A stretch of 64,000 nucleotides of DNA from Nageia nagi. Taxonomy: Eukaryota; Plantae; Pinophyta. The stretch is taken from positions 38,068,001 to 38,132,000 of the forward strand of contig JBITNC010000002.1 of the NCBI GenBank assembly GCA_050084985.1. Direction: 5' to 3'. Within the stretch, counting starts at the first letter, position 1. Each line of letters begins with the position of its first letter. This document shows positions 1 to 12,900 of the stretch, piece by piece. The notes under the pieces were generated by a model that saw nothing but the letters and a program-made list of their open reading frames with translations, was not told the DNA's origin and made no database searches. The translations under genes and the position numbers were made by a program.

Positions 1-3000
1 CAAGGCACTTATTGAAGCATGAGGAAACTCTTAACAATAAAGGGTTGATTTCTTCTCCTAAAGATAATAATGTTGCTCTTAGAGCAACCAAAACTTCTTT
101 CAAGAAGAAGTTCAACCATTAAAAAAAATCTTACCCTTCTTCCTCTAAAAGGGTTGAGAAAATAGGTAGTGGCTACAACAACAATAGGAACAACAGAAAT
201 AATAACCACAGCAACAGGAACAAAGGCAACAATAATCACTTCAAATAAAGAGATGGAAAAGGTAAAGCAAATACTCTTTATCTTAAAGAAAAGTTTGATG
301 GTAATTGTAACTATTATGGCATTCAAGGTCATAAAGAAGTTGATTATTACAAAAATAAAAGAGAAAAAAAGTACAAAGGTAATGGAAATTTAAAGAACTA
401 CAAAAGAAAAAAATACTTATGTTGGTTTTGCTGCAGCACTCTACTCTATGTCTCATCCTTTTTCATCTGAATGGATTATTGACTTTGGTTGCACTAATCA
501 CTTATGCTTTGAAAAGAAAAAGTTTAAGAACTTTCACAAGTATAATAAGGATGCGATTGTGATAGGTGATAACTCTACCTTTGAAGTTCAAGGAATTAGG
601 AGTGTGTTAATTCATGGAAAGGTTCTTGAAAATGTTCTCTATGTTCCTAAGTTAAGAATGAACCTTCTCTCCATGATCCAAGTTGTTAAAAAAGGGTACT
701 CTTTTGAGTTCGACTCCTAATCCTAGTGCATTAAGAAAGGACTTACCATTTTGGTTAAAGGATTAATGAAAGATAACTTCTACATTATGGATCAAGTTCC
801 ATCAAAGATGTGTCTTACTTCTAATGTGTATTCTAAAGGTAATCTTTGGCATCATCATTTAGGGCATCTTAACCACAAGAGTATTTAAGTTATGAAAGAC
901 TAAGAACTTATGAAAGGTTTACCTTCAATTTCTCCTTCGATTGGTCTATGCAAGAAGTGCATTCTTGGTAAGATGCATAGACAAAAGTTTGAAAAAGATA
1001 AGGCAACAAGAGAATCTCAACTTCTTCAACTTGTGCATTCAGATTTGATGGGTTCATTTCAAACTAAGTCACTTGGAGGAGCATCTTACATCTTGACCTT
1101 CATTGATGAATTTAGTAGGATGACCTTTGGGTATCCACTTGAGTATAAGGATCAAATTTTTGAGAGTTTTAAGGTTTTTAAAGCCTTTGTTGAGAATCAA
1201 ATTAACCTTAAAATCAACATGTTGAGATCAGATAATGGAGGAGAATATAATAGTTATGAGTTCAATGATTTTTATGCTAAGTATGGAATCAAGAGGTAAT
1301 TTAGAATTCCATACACTCCTCAGCAGAACGATGTTATCGAATGAAAAAATAGAATAATCATGGAGATGGCTAGATGCATGTTGGGTAATCTTCCTAAGTT
1401 CTTATGGAGTGAAGCTATGAGGACTACTATTTACATTTTAAATAGTTGTCCCATAAAAGTTGTTCAAAGTAAAACTCCTTTTGAGGTATGGTCAGGAAGA
1501 AAACCTAACATTTCTCATCTTAGAGTGTTTGGTTGTGAAGCTTTCTCCTACATTATTTCTAAGAAAAAGAAGAAGTTAGATAAAAGAGTTGAAAAATATA
1601 TCTTTGTGGGTTATGACAGTCAGCATAGAGGCTACAAGATCTACTCTCCAACCTATAAAGTAGTGTTTATTTCAAATGATGTAAAGTTCAATAAACTTCT
1701 TAAAGAATCTGCTTCTAATAAGGATGTTGATGATCCAAAGGACTCTTTAGTTGCTCTTAGCTGGTTGGATATTGATGTAGATAAGTCACCTTAGGAATAA
1801 AATTCTCTAACATAAAGGGTAATAAGGAGCATGACCTTGAACAAATCCTTAATTACCAAGATTGATAATAACCATGAGCCCTCAACCTTCAAAAAAACCT
1901 TCTAAGCACGAGTGTTGGATAGAAACCATGAAAGTGGAGTATGAGGTGCTTATGAAAAATAAAACTTAGGACTTAGTTCTTCATCCTAATGATAAGAATG
2001 TGATTACTAATAAGTAGATCTACAAGGTCAAATTCAATTCAATTGGAGATATTAAGAAATATATGGCAAGGTTAGTAGCTAAAGGTTTTGCTCAGAAATA
2101 CAATTTATGAGGAAACCTTTACTCCCATGGCAAAGATGCCTACTATGAGAGTTATCCTTGCTCTTTCTACAGCTCAAAGATGAAAAGTTTTTCAACTTGA
2201 TGTCAAGAGTGTATTTCTCAATACTGACTTAGATGTGAAAATCTTCATGAATCAACCAGAAGGGTTTACTATGGAAGGCAAAGAGTCCTTTGTGTGCAAG
2301 CTAAAGAAGTCTTTGTATGGACTTAAGCAAGCACCTTGAGCTTGGTACAAAAAGATTTCAAGGTACTTTGCAAACATTAGATTCTTTAAGTGTTTTTCTG
2401 ACTTCGATCTATATGTGCTCAATCAAATAAAAGATGTGGTCTTGATTCTCCTTTATGTGGATGATCTTTTGATTATTGGGAACAATGATGAAATCATTCA
2501 AGAGTACATAGCCAAACTTAAGGTAACACTTGAAATGATTGATCTTGGCCTCTTGCACTACTTTCTTGGAATGTAAATGTATCAATACAAGGATTGTACT
2601 TACCTTAAATAATCTAAGTATATATCAAACATCTTGCAAAAGTTTGGAATGAAGGAGTGTAGATATGCTGCAATCCCAATCTTTCCTGGAATCATTATTT
2701 TTTTAAGCTCCAACTCTCAGTTAGCTGATGCTATAGCTTACACATAATTAATTGGTAGTTTTTTGTATTTGACTATATCTAAGCCAGACATTACCTTTAC
2801 AGTGAATTTGATGGCACAATTCATGCAAAAACCATATGTTGAGCACCTCAATGCTATTAAACAAATATTGAGGTATGTTACAAGGATTAAATATCTTGCT
2901 CTTAAGTATTCCAAGTTACCCTTATTTGTTCTCTCTGGATTCTCAGATTCTGACTATGGGGGAGATAGAGATGATAGAAATTCAACCTCTACGTATGTGT

Positions 3001-4235
3001 TTAGCATTGATTTAGGTGCTATCTCTTGGGATTCCAAGAAGCAACCTATTATTTCTCTTTCCACCATAGAAGCTGAATATCATGCCATGTCTATTGCAGC
3101 CTAGGAAGCCATTTGGCTAAGGCATCTTCTGGAAAAATTAGGTATGAGCACGGTGGCTCATCTTTGATCTCTTCAAATTATCAATCAGCTATTTCTTTGG
3201 CTAAGAATCTAGTATTCCATCAGAGAATAAAACATGTGGAAATCCATGCCCATTTATCAGGGAGCAGGTTCGTGATTACATCATACACCTGTAGTATTAT
3301 CCATCCACCTTGAACTCTACTGATTTATTCACCAAGCCCCTCCTGAAAGCTCAATTTTATAAGCTAAGGGATTTTATCAGGTTGGTGAAGTTACCCTCAA
3401 GAGGGAGTGAAGTTTGAATTCTTGTGTTGAATTCATGTTTGTGATGATAACTTCACCCCTAGGAGGATTTTGTGTTGTATAGTGTTGATTTTGTTGTACA
3501 CCTTCATGGTAAGTTCACTCTACATGAGGAACTTGTTGTAAAAATTGGCCAATCTTACACTATTTAGTTATCCATATGTGAGGAACTCTTATGTGTCTTT
3601 TGGCACTATTCAGTTATCCATATGAGAGGAACTCGTATGTGCATACTCTATTTTTTGGTCAATCTAGCACTGTTCAGTTATCCATATGTGAGGAACTCTT
3701 ATGTGTCCTTTGGAACTATTCAATTATCCATACGTGAGGAACTCATATATGCATGCTCTATTTTGTAATGATAATCAACACATGTTTTATATACAACAGG
3801 TGACTATAAGTTTTTGGCATGGCATCTTCGTGATGATTTATAGTGCACCATTGATCAGTTCATGATGGCATTTATGTGATTCATATATCCTTGTTGATAT
3901 GAATATGATGCATCTAACTGATTTTGTTATTTAAGTTGTTGATGACTTGTAGGTTCCTTTGAGATTGCAGGTTACTTACCTTAGGTATGTAGGCTCTTGG
4001 AGACTCTTCATGACTTCCAATTGGATTACTACTTCATGTACATTGAAACTGGTTGTGGTTAATGATTATATTTGATAAATATGTAAAAAGTTCTCATCTC
4101 TATTGCATCTATTTGGATGAGAACTCTCTTACTTTCTCTTCTTCTTCTCTCTTACTTACTCTATCCCAATATTTCATTAAGGGGAGTGTTGGAATGTGTA
4201 ATGCATTGTTGTAAAGGTTGTATTAGGATTCCCAC
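1..4235 (+). mobile_element. Degenerate Ty1/copia LTR retrotransposon (gag end-PR-INT-RT-RNaseH, PPT, start of 3' LTR); 5' part outside window
   Basis: Copia domain order: decayed Zn knuckle (CNYYGIQGHKEVD ~305), protease WIIDFGCTNH (448-720), integrase VHSDLMG..LRSDNGGEY (910-1794), RT LYVDDLL (~2451), RNase H DSDYGGDRDDRNSTS and RIKHVEIH (2763-3350). Many stops and frameshifts. PPT AAGGGGAG 4179-4186 followed by TGTTGG at 4187. Confidence 0.95.
3546..3765. repeat. Tandem repeat, two ~110-bp units each with two copies of CACTATTCAGTTATCCATATGTGAGGAACTC
   Basis: Four near-identical cores visible in the copia 3' non-coding region. Confidence 0.85.
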
Positions 4236-4449
4236 AATAACTTTTAGGATCTTCAAGTGCGTAAATAAATAATAAAATAACTTATCCTATGCTTGGGAAG
4301 AATATGTCCCACTTTGGGCCTCAAAATGTGGGTCTGTTGGACCATTACTTTTCTATCCCAAGTAACTAATAATGCAAAAATAAAATATTTACAAAGGGAA
4401 TAGCTAGGATCCTAAATTTATTTAATTTTGTTCAAAAGGGGATGTTACA

Positions 4450-4925
4450 CATCTCTTGAGATGTTAATAGCCTCAAACTTATAAATTTAGATTACTATAA
4501 TTGATATGCCATAACCAACTCTTATTTTCAACAACAACATGAGCAACACTACCCCCTTGTCCTCCAAATTTTAAAGGAAATAATCTTTTGCTAGTCATAG
4601 GAATAATAGAAACAAGTATATTACTATGGTTCTTATCATAAATGATATCTCTTATCCTCAAAAATTAGCTTGTAGTTATTTTACATAATCTTCTCTATGC
4701 TCAACAAATTATGTTTCAAATTTGGTGTGTAATAGATGTCATGAAACTTTTTCATACCTTCTCTTATGTTCACCTCCATTACACATTTGACATCCACCTC
4801 CAAAGATTTTTCATCTCTAAGCTTGATATTGGATTTGAATGAATGATCCAAGCAAGAAAACACATCCTTCTTTCCAATCATATGATTGAAACATCCAAAA
4901 TCAAGAATCCAAGTTTCTTGAATAT
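4450..4925 (-). mobile_element. Second Ty1/copia fragment (protease to GAG-pre-integrase)
   Basis: Minus-strand WILDFGCFNHMIG..LKHNLLSI (4681-4915) and SWLWHINYSNLN (4479-4661). Confidence 0.85.
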
Positions 4926-7052
4926 TCTTATCAAGCCCTAATCCTCTACGGTTGGCTATTACACATGAACAACTATGAACCTACAAAAATTATCACAATA
5001 CTACTTAGTAAATTATTACAAAGATCCACACATATGAATATAAACCTATAATCAAATAATTATTTAATACTAAATGAAGAAATGAATAAAATCATTAACA
5101 ACGAAGTACAATCGCTAAACAAACCAAAATTGATAGACTAATAATTTATAATATGACGAATATGTCACAAACAAGATGGCAAACTCAAGACAAACTATAT
5201 TGTGTTGTATACCAATGGAAAGGTATTGAAACCAATTTTCTAAATATGTATGGAAATTTATAAAAGGAGATATAAATATCTATCAATTCTTAATTATATG
5301 AAACACTATTTATGGTGACCAACGAACATTTTCAAAGTATAAATACCTCACAAAGAATGGGATGTTGTTATGGGGATTCTTAACAAAAGTATAGAGTGTT
5401 ATATATTGTTGAAAAATTATTGAAATTATATTTCTTATGATGGATATATATTTTTAAATGTATCGGTATAACTCTAACAATTCTTGGAGACACAAGACAC
5501 TATCATTAACAATTATGGAAATGATAGAATTATAGTCTCACAAAAAATAGTTGGTGTGTTGGTGATTCTCAAATAAATTATGGTATGTTATATATCATTG
5601 GAAAGGTATTGAAATCATATTTCTAATGAGACAATACCCATAAAATTTTTAGATTTTTAATTGAATTTATAATCCCTGAAAGATCATGGATTTTTGATAG
5701 AAAATCTAGACTGCATGCATAAAAATCACATACAACTTTTGGAACAATTTTCTCTATTGCATATTATGGTAGTTCATTATAGAATGTTAAAATGGGATGA
5801 ATTTACTCTATTCTCAACTTATACAAATATTCTAAATATTTTACATGAAAAAAGATCACTCTACAACTGTTACAAATAAAATATTCCTACAATATACATA
5901 TTCTACTATTACAAATGAGGGACATATTTGTTTTGCTAACTTAGAAATGCAACATTTTTAGCATCATATTCCAACATAATTGATATATATTTATTAAAAA
6001 AAGCTAATTTTTTTATTTTTCATCCTAATTCTATTAAAATAATCATTAAAAAACATATATTATGTATATATTGATCTCTGTACAAGTTTTAATATATCCT
6101 ATAAATAAATGACTATAAAAGGACATCAAGAGACTTTCTACTTGCTTAATCATTGGTAGTAAATTCATATGAATTTATTAATCATAAGTAATAAATATAT
6201 GTGATCTACTTTACAAATATTAAATATATAAATCTTAAAAAATACTCCTTTAAAGTAATCCTCAACATGAAGTTGACCATGAGTGTACTCCCTCTATCAG
6301 TATAACAAATGTAAAGTTACAACATATACTCTAACATCACTCGTAGACTTTACAAATGGCATCCATGTCTATCCTTGGATTTTTAAGGGGTAGCCATGTC
6401 CATTTATCTTTTGCACCAATAAACATTATCAACATTAGTAGAGTTGATCAATCCATTAACAACATTATTCGATGTATCAATGTTTTGCATCATCACTTTT
6501 TCTATCTCAATCATGAATTTCATATTATGAAATTATACATCTGTAATGATTCTTAATTAATCATCCTCTTTTTTTTTTTTAACAAATTGATCTTAATATA
6601 ATAATGGCTACACTCCCCATTTCTATATAGGGGTTCTCTAATATAGACCTCTTTTCGTAGCTTAAGCATTTCTTTCTTGCTTTCCAAGTTAATTTACATC
6701 TTATGAGTTGGAATAAAAAAATATTCATTATAATGTTAAGCTACAATTTCCCCAAATCAGTACATAACTCATAAGGGTAAGAGACCTAGGTAAAACTTCT
6801 TGTATTATGCTCAAAATTCCATTACCTAAGTTAACAAATATTAAGTAAGGTATTACAACTATTCTAAATGAATTCATTCATTCATTTATTTACAATGTCA
6901 TTTCATCTTCATATTCCTTGATACATAACAAGTAGTACAAGTTCAACCTTCCCAATTAAGTTAGTTTTTGACATTGTAGAAATTGTCCTTAAATTTTATC
7001 CTTTACTTATTAAATATTTTTTAACCATTAAGATAATAAAGCTAAGTGACAC

Positions 7053-7072
7053 ACACTAATTTCATTCAAAGG

Positions 7073-7117
<45 letters not shown>

Positions 7118-7149
7118 ATATATATAAACCCTTTGAATGAAATTAGTGT
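7053..7149. repeat. Perfect 25-bp inverted repeat flanking a (TA)n microsatellite
   Basis: ACACTAATTTCATTCAAAGGGTTTA (7053-7077) and its exact reverse complement (7125-7149) with a TA run between. Confidence 0.95.
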
Positions 7150-9632
7150 ATAAAAAACCATGGATAAAGAGATAAATCTTTATATTACTTTATCAATGAT
7201 TTTACATCTTCATGTAAATCATATACTTGAACAAATAATATATGATAGTATAATACCAAATCCTTTTGGTATAATAATTGAATAACAATATTTCATAATG
7301 AAACATGATTCATGTAAAGCCTCCCAAGTATCTTCCAATTTGAAATAGAAGGTTAAGCTTAATGCCTAAGCATTTTTACAATGTCATGATGGTTTTGAAA
7401 GCTTATGCATAGATCTCATGCAATGATTATTATCAACATGTACACATATACAATAAGTCAAAATTGCATTATAAATATCCTTTCAAATAAAAAATTTATA
7501 CCTCAAAAACTTTAATTCCATAATACTTTAATTTCATAATATACCAATTCATGCCTTAGATTATCTATATATTTTTCATTTAATAAAATATTCTTGCTAT
7601 ACTCTCAAATGTGTCTCAAATCAAAATATATATTTCAAGAAACAAAATAGCCTTTTAATTCCATAAGTCAACATAACCTTTCTTGCAAGAATTAAAGATA
7701 ACCTTTTTTTTTTAATATTTACAAAAATCATATATCAAATATACTTATCTATATAAATCAAAGTATCATTCCTTTTTTATTAAACCATTTTTTCATATTA
7801 TCATAAAAATAAAATATCCTTCTCCTTTTAAGAAGAAAATACATTTCCTTACCATAATAAACCAAAGTATTCTTACATATATTTTATATGCAAAAGTATA
7901 ATACCAAAACATTAATTTGAAAAGTAAATTCCCAACTAGCCAAATTAGTTTGATAAATGTTGATGAAATATTAACACAAAGAATAGTGAAATTTTATTAC
8001 TTGTTTTAGTAAAATCCCAAAGTCTTCTTATCCTTTTCTGTTAGAAAAGATTGCATATGATTTATGCTTTCAATAGATTAAGGATTTAATGTATTTTCTA
8101 ATTCTTTTGCAAACTCTTATGAAATGTTGTTAAGTTTATTCCTTTAGTTTAATTTTTATAAGTATAAAAATAATATTTTTTTGCAACTTAGTATAATATT
8201 GATAGCAATTGGTAAAACCAATATATGGAAAATAGAATTGGGTGGTAATTGGTAAAACCAATCCATGGCAAATATGTTAAAGCTTCTTAGAAATAATTTG
8301 ACTTGCAAGAGAATATTGAAAAAGAACGCTATGCCATCATTTTTGAATGAATGAATATATCCTATGGGATTCCTTTTACCTTTGAATAATTAAAATTTTA
8401 GAATGGTAAAGACAAAGAAAAGAAGCGTATAAGTTCGTTAAAATAATGGATTAGTTTCAAAATAAGAGTACTTAATTTTTATACTTCTACTTATAATTGT
8501 TCATAAATAGAATCACTATAATATTTGAAAAGAGGATCGTGAGGGGATTTGTTAAGGAGGAGTTTCAAAAGTAGATTAGGAGCATATCATGTTATGGTTT
8601 TAAACATTAGCATTTGATTGATTATCCATGTTTTAGACTAAGTCTACTAGTTGATTGTGAATATCTTATTAGGATTAATATGTGATACTAATATGAGGCA
8701 AGAGAGTGGTTAAATCAAAGTTACAAATATGATTAATTTATTGTATTTAATTGTTCATATGATGGACCTCGAGTTTTAAGGCCAAGTCACCTTTTTTATT
8801 TTGAAAATTTCATAAGAAAATATAAGATAGTCAGGTTAACTAAATTATTTTATGTAAAATTCATCTAATTGAAATTAAACTACTTTTGCCTAAAAGAAGA
8901 GGGTATAATTACATATTCTTTCGTAAACAATAAAGCTAAGTACAACATAAATAAATATTGAGTGGCAAAACAACTGATAGTACATGTAATAATTATATGC
9001 ATATAGAAAACTAGAAGTTATGATATTCAATTTCTTTCTAATTATGGGTGTGATGCTACATTAAATATGAGGTTATTTTGTGCTCTAGATCAATATGTGA
9101 TACGGTCCTAATAAAGTATAGTGCAATCTTCAAAATTATAGTATGTTTATATGTAAGACGTACTAATACCTTCATATCTTTTTTAATCAAGGAATTGAGG
9201 TGTGTACTTACCCAATCACTTCAAACAAACATACTTCTTTGTTAAAAAGGTCAATGCTTGCCTTATATTTATGTCCTTGAAAAATAAAATTAACAAATTA
9301 CATAAATAAAAAGAAATAACCATATAAAACTATTTAAACAATACTTACCAATATTAATAATGTTTGATCATATGCTATGACAATGAATCATTCATGACAT
9401 TTTATAATAATGAAAAAGAAGAAATACATTTCTATTTATTAAAAACATATTCTCATCTTTATTCGTATTAAGAGACTATGCTTAAATACCTAATGATAAA
9501 TGTAACTCTTAACTTTATAGAAATCTTAGTTAGATAACAAAACCAATCCTACACATTGATCTTAAGATTATCCAAAAAAAAAATCCTAATTTTCAAAATA
9601 ATAAAGATAGCTTATGCAAAGTAGAACCCTTC

Positions 9633-9640
9633 TATAAATA
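9633..9640 (+). promoter_or_regulatory. Candidate TATA box of the helicase gene
   Basis: CTATAAATA ending 38 bp upstream of ATG 9678; AT-rich background makes a chance match possible. Confidence 0.4.
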
Positions 9641-9677
9641 CTCTCTAGATTGTGTTGGAATTTGGACAGAGTGAGCA

Positions 9678-9994
9678 ATGGCCAGCTGCGCCGTAGGAGG
9701 AGCTACCTCTCTACATCTTCAACCCCGATGCCGATGCCATTGCTACCCTTCTTTAGCTTCCTCTTCTTCCAATTATGTTTATGCTATTCCTCATTTTCTC
9801 ACCAGAATCCCTGCATGGCGCCCTATAACTTCCGTAAATTTTCCAACAATTCGAAGATTACAGTCCTTTATTTCCAATTCAAATTCGGCTGACATTAAGG
9901 TCGAGAAGCTTCCAGATGATCACTCCCCGCAACTGAAGAGGAAAACATTGAGAGAACTCTGTGGGAATGCTGTTCCTCAACTCATTTTGAGAAG
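9678..9994 (+). CDS. RH58: RH58 exon 1 (transit peptide, ..[16 protein letters not shown])
   Basis: Ser/Arg-rich N-terminus, TLRELC motif, donor AG|GTAAGC, phase 2. Confidence 0.9.
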
Positions 9995-12900
9995 GTAAGC
10001 AAACACGCTTTCATATATTTTGGTACAGATATATTTTGAACTGTAGGTGATTTTTATTAGGGTTATATCTAACCGGTGTAGGTTTACTGTACTTTGTGTT
10101 TTAGCTATATTTTTAGTACTTTATTTATATGTCAGTGGCAGACATTATATATACCAGAAGAAATGTTTTTTTTTTGTTTTCAGAAGGGCCATGGAACATC
10201 AGTATATCCTTGGTTATTGATTCTTTACCTTGCATAAGCTTAAACAGACAGATAAAATATCTATATTTTTTTAATTTTTTGATTATAGCTATTATTTTGG
10301 CCTTATTTGGAATAGGATTCAATTTAGCACAGGCACTCATTAAATAATAATCTTAAAATTTGAGACATTGCAAAGTTAATACTTCTCCTGTCATCGTTTG
10401 TTCAACAAGAATTTAAATTCAAAGAAGTTAAAACAAATAATCCTAACATGGGTCCTTGCATGTGAAAATGTATGTGATTCAATGTAAAGAAATAAAATTG
10501 ACTTGAAGGGGCCTGGCCTGATGGTCAACCCATGTAAATGAAGAAGCAGGTTTCAAATCCCTCATGCCTTATAGAATCGGAGGGTCTGTCGTGCAAGCGC
10601 CACCGGTTATGCTAGAGGTTATAACGGCAGCAAAGAGCAAGATTTGAATCCACGATAAGATGGAGAATAATGTAACTAGTTACTGATTCTTTAGTAATGC
10701 AAACTTTATGTATTATAAATAAGGTAAAAAACATAAAATCATCATGCAGGAGAGAGGAGATGCTTGACCTCACACAACTTTGCCTGACCCTTTCTGATCT
10801 AAAGTGCATCCTAGGAGTAGCTAATTGCACATAATACACACACTTGTGTGCACATCACTCTTTGTGCCATTGCTCACTTTTGCAAAATGAGGAAAAACTC
10901 AAATCCACAGATGTAATCTGCTCAATTCCATTGGAGATGTTTATTTTTCTTAACTGCTCTAAGCTAGTTATGTGATCATGTGTTGAACTTCCTCAGTGAA
11001 ATTTTAGAGCCCACTGACCAGCCAAATCTTGAATGCAGGACCTTCTCAACACCAGCACAGGTGCTTTGCCATAGAGCCACTGGCCCTTTTGTTCCTGCAT
11101 TTTTTAATAAAGGAAAATGTTTCAGTTGAATTTTAGGCCTTTATTTTTGTGTTTGATGTTGGTCAACTCTTATGCCAGACACACTCAACTTATGGGAATA
11201 CATGAGTTTTAGATCTTCGAGATACGGTGCTTACGATTAGCAAGTCCAGGCTGAATCCTCTTGAAACTAGGTGTAATCCCTGTATGACTTGGTTCACTCG
11301 CTGATGATAACCAGCGCATATGACCTGTTGAATTCCAGCAGCTAATAAGTGTAGTTTTTAGAGCTCCAGATTTTATAGTCTCAATGTAGGAAATTAAGTT
11401 TTGGAAAGACTTCCAAGAGTTTGCAATATTTGACTCTACAAAGGTAAAGGTGTGAATGATATCTCTTTTAATTATCTTCCTGGCGGCTGGTTTTGCCACA
11501 AAAAGTAGCAACTATAACATAGATAATATCTAGTTATGTATTGGAAGAAGGTTGTCAAGAAATTTATTACTTATCAATATTGACTAAATTCAGAAAAAAT
11601 ACCATTTTGGTCTACCTGCCACATGGAGTCCGTTATATTTTGTGCTTCCCTTATTAGAGACATGGCCTTAACACCGATGTTGGCACTACATACCTTTATT
11701 TCAACAAAAATGGCAGGAAATAACGTATAATTGTAGTCAGAATTAAGACACCAGGAAAACTTCTGTAGCATTTGACTCAAAAAAAGCTCATACTTACGGG
11801 AAGGGACAAAACAAACAAAAACAACATATTTCACCAAAAATGTTTTTTATCTGTCATCAAATTTGATATTTTAATATACAAATTTAAATTTTTTATAAAT
11901 AATAGTTAAAAATTGCTAACTTAACATCAAATACATGTTAAAAACTGGAAATGCAGTGTTTTATATCAATAGAGACATTACAAAATGTCAACAGTTAGTG
12001 TCTTAGCAAAATACAACTACAAAATCTATCTAATCAGCCTCTCATAGACCCTTCGCCTTTAGCCTTTGCCCTTGGCCTAAATGACATTGCTTTGCACTAG
12101 TTGCTCTCTTGTGGCTTTTGCTGTTCATTGTGCTTGTTCATTGCATGTGCCTCTTCCTTGTCAATGGATACAATCTCTTGTTCCAAGGCCTCAAATTCCT
12201 CCATGGTAAATATGGGCTTCTCCTCCTAGTGATTTGATATTTATTAAGACTTTAGATGAATGGAATCTAGTCCTAGTCTTTGCGGTTGGATTATAGAATT
12301 TGTTTATTTCGAAGCCTAAGGTTCTGAGTAGTGTTAGTAGAATTGACCGTTAATCATCAAAACTGGGTCAAAATTGAGATAGTAGGGCAAAATTTTTTCT
12401 TTTGAACTGATTCTGATTTCTTTTTTTGGCTGATCTTGTGAGTTTTTGGACAGAATCTCAATTCTGATTTTTTGAAAAATCTCGATTCAATCTTGTTCTC
12501 AATGGAAAAATCGGCAATTTTTGATAGGCAACGGTAGTGAGGTTAAAAACATGAAATCTCACTCATTTTTTACATTTTCTTCCAACCATAAATAGAGAGG
12601 AGCTAGGGAAACAACAAGAACCCGGGCTAGAGCAACAAAAGGAAACAAAGAAAAGGAAAACAAAGACAATATAGATAAATGTTTTGGTTAAGATTTTGTT
12701 TTGTCAAATTGGAAATCTTTGATGTATTTTGGTCCTTGGAAATTCAATATTTAATACAAAACTCTATAATTTTTAATGTTACGTTATGTTTTCATTTGTG
12801 TAGTATGTTATTTGATATGGAATGTTATCTTATTTAATATGCAAGATAGCTGAAAATGATTTGTTTCAATGTCAAATTGGGAAAATTCCTTGGTTTTTCT

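Noticed and set aside
4236-4449. LTR terminus-like AAAAGGGGATGTTACA between the two copia pieces
   Set aside because: Probably a third element fragment, but its orientation and other end cannot be defined.
5000-9600. Short ORFs in the upstream AT-rich region
   Set aside because: No motifs; probably very old TE debris that I cannot classify.
11209-11511. 100-aa minus-strand ORF in intron 1
   Set aside because: No recognisable motif or splice structure, and no canonical ATG start.
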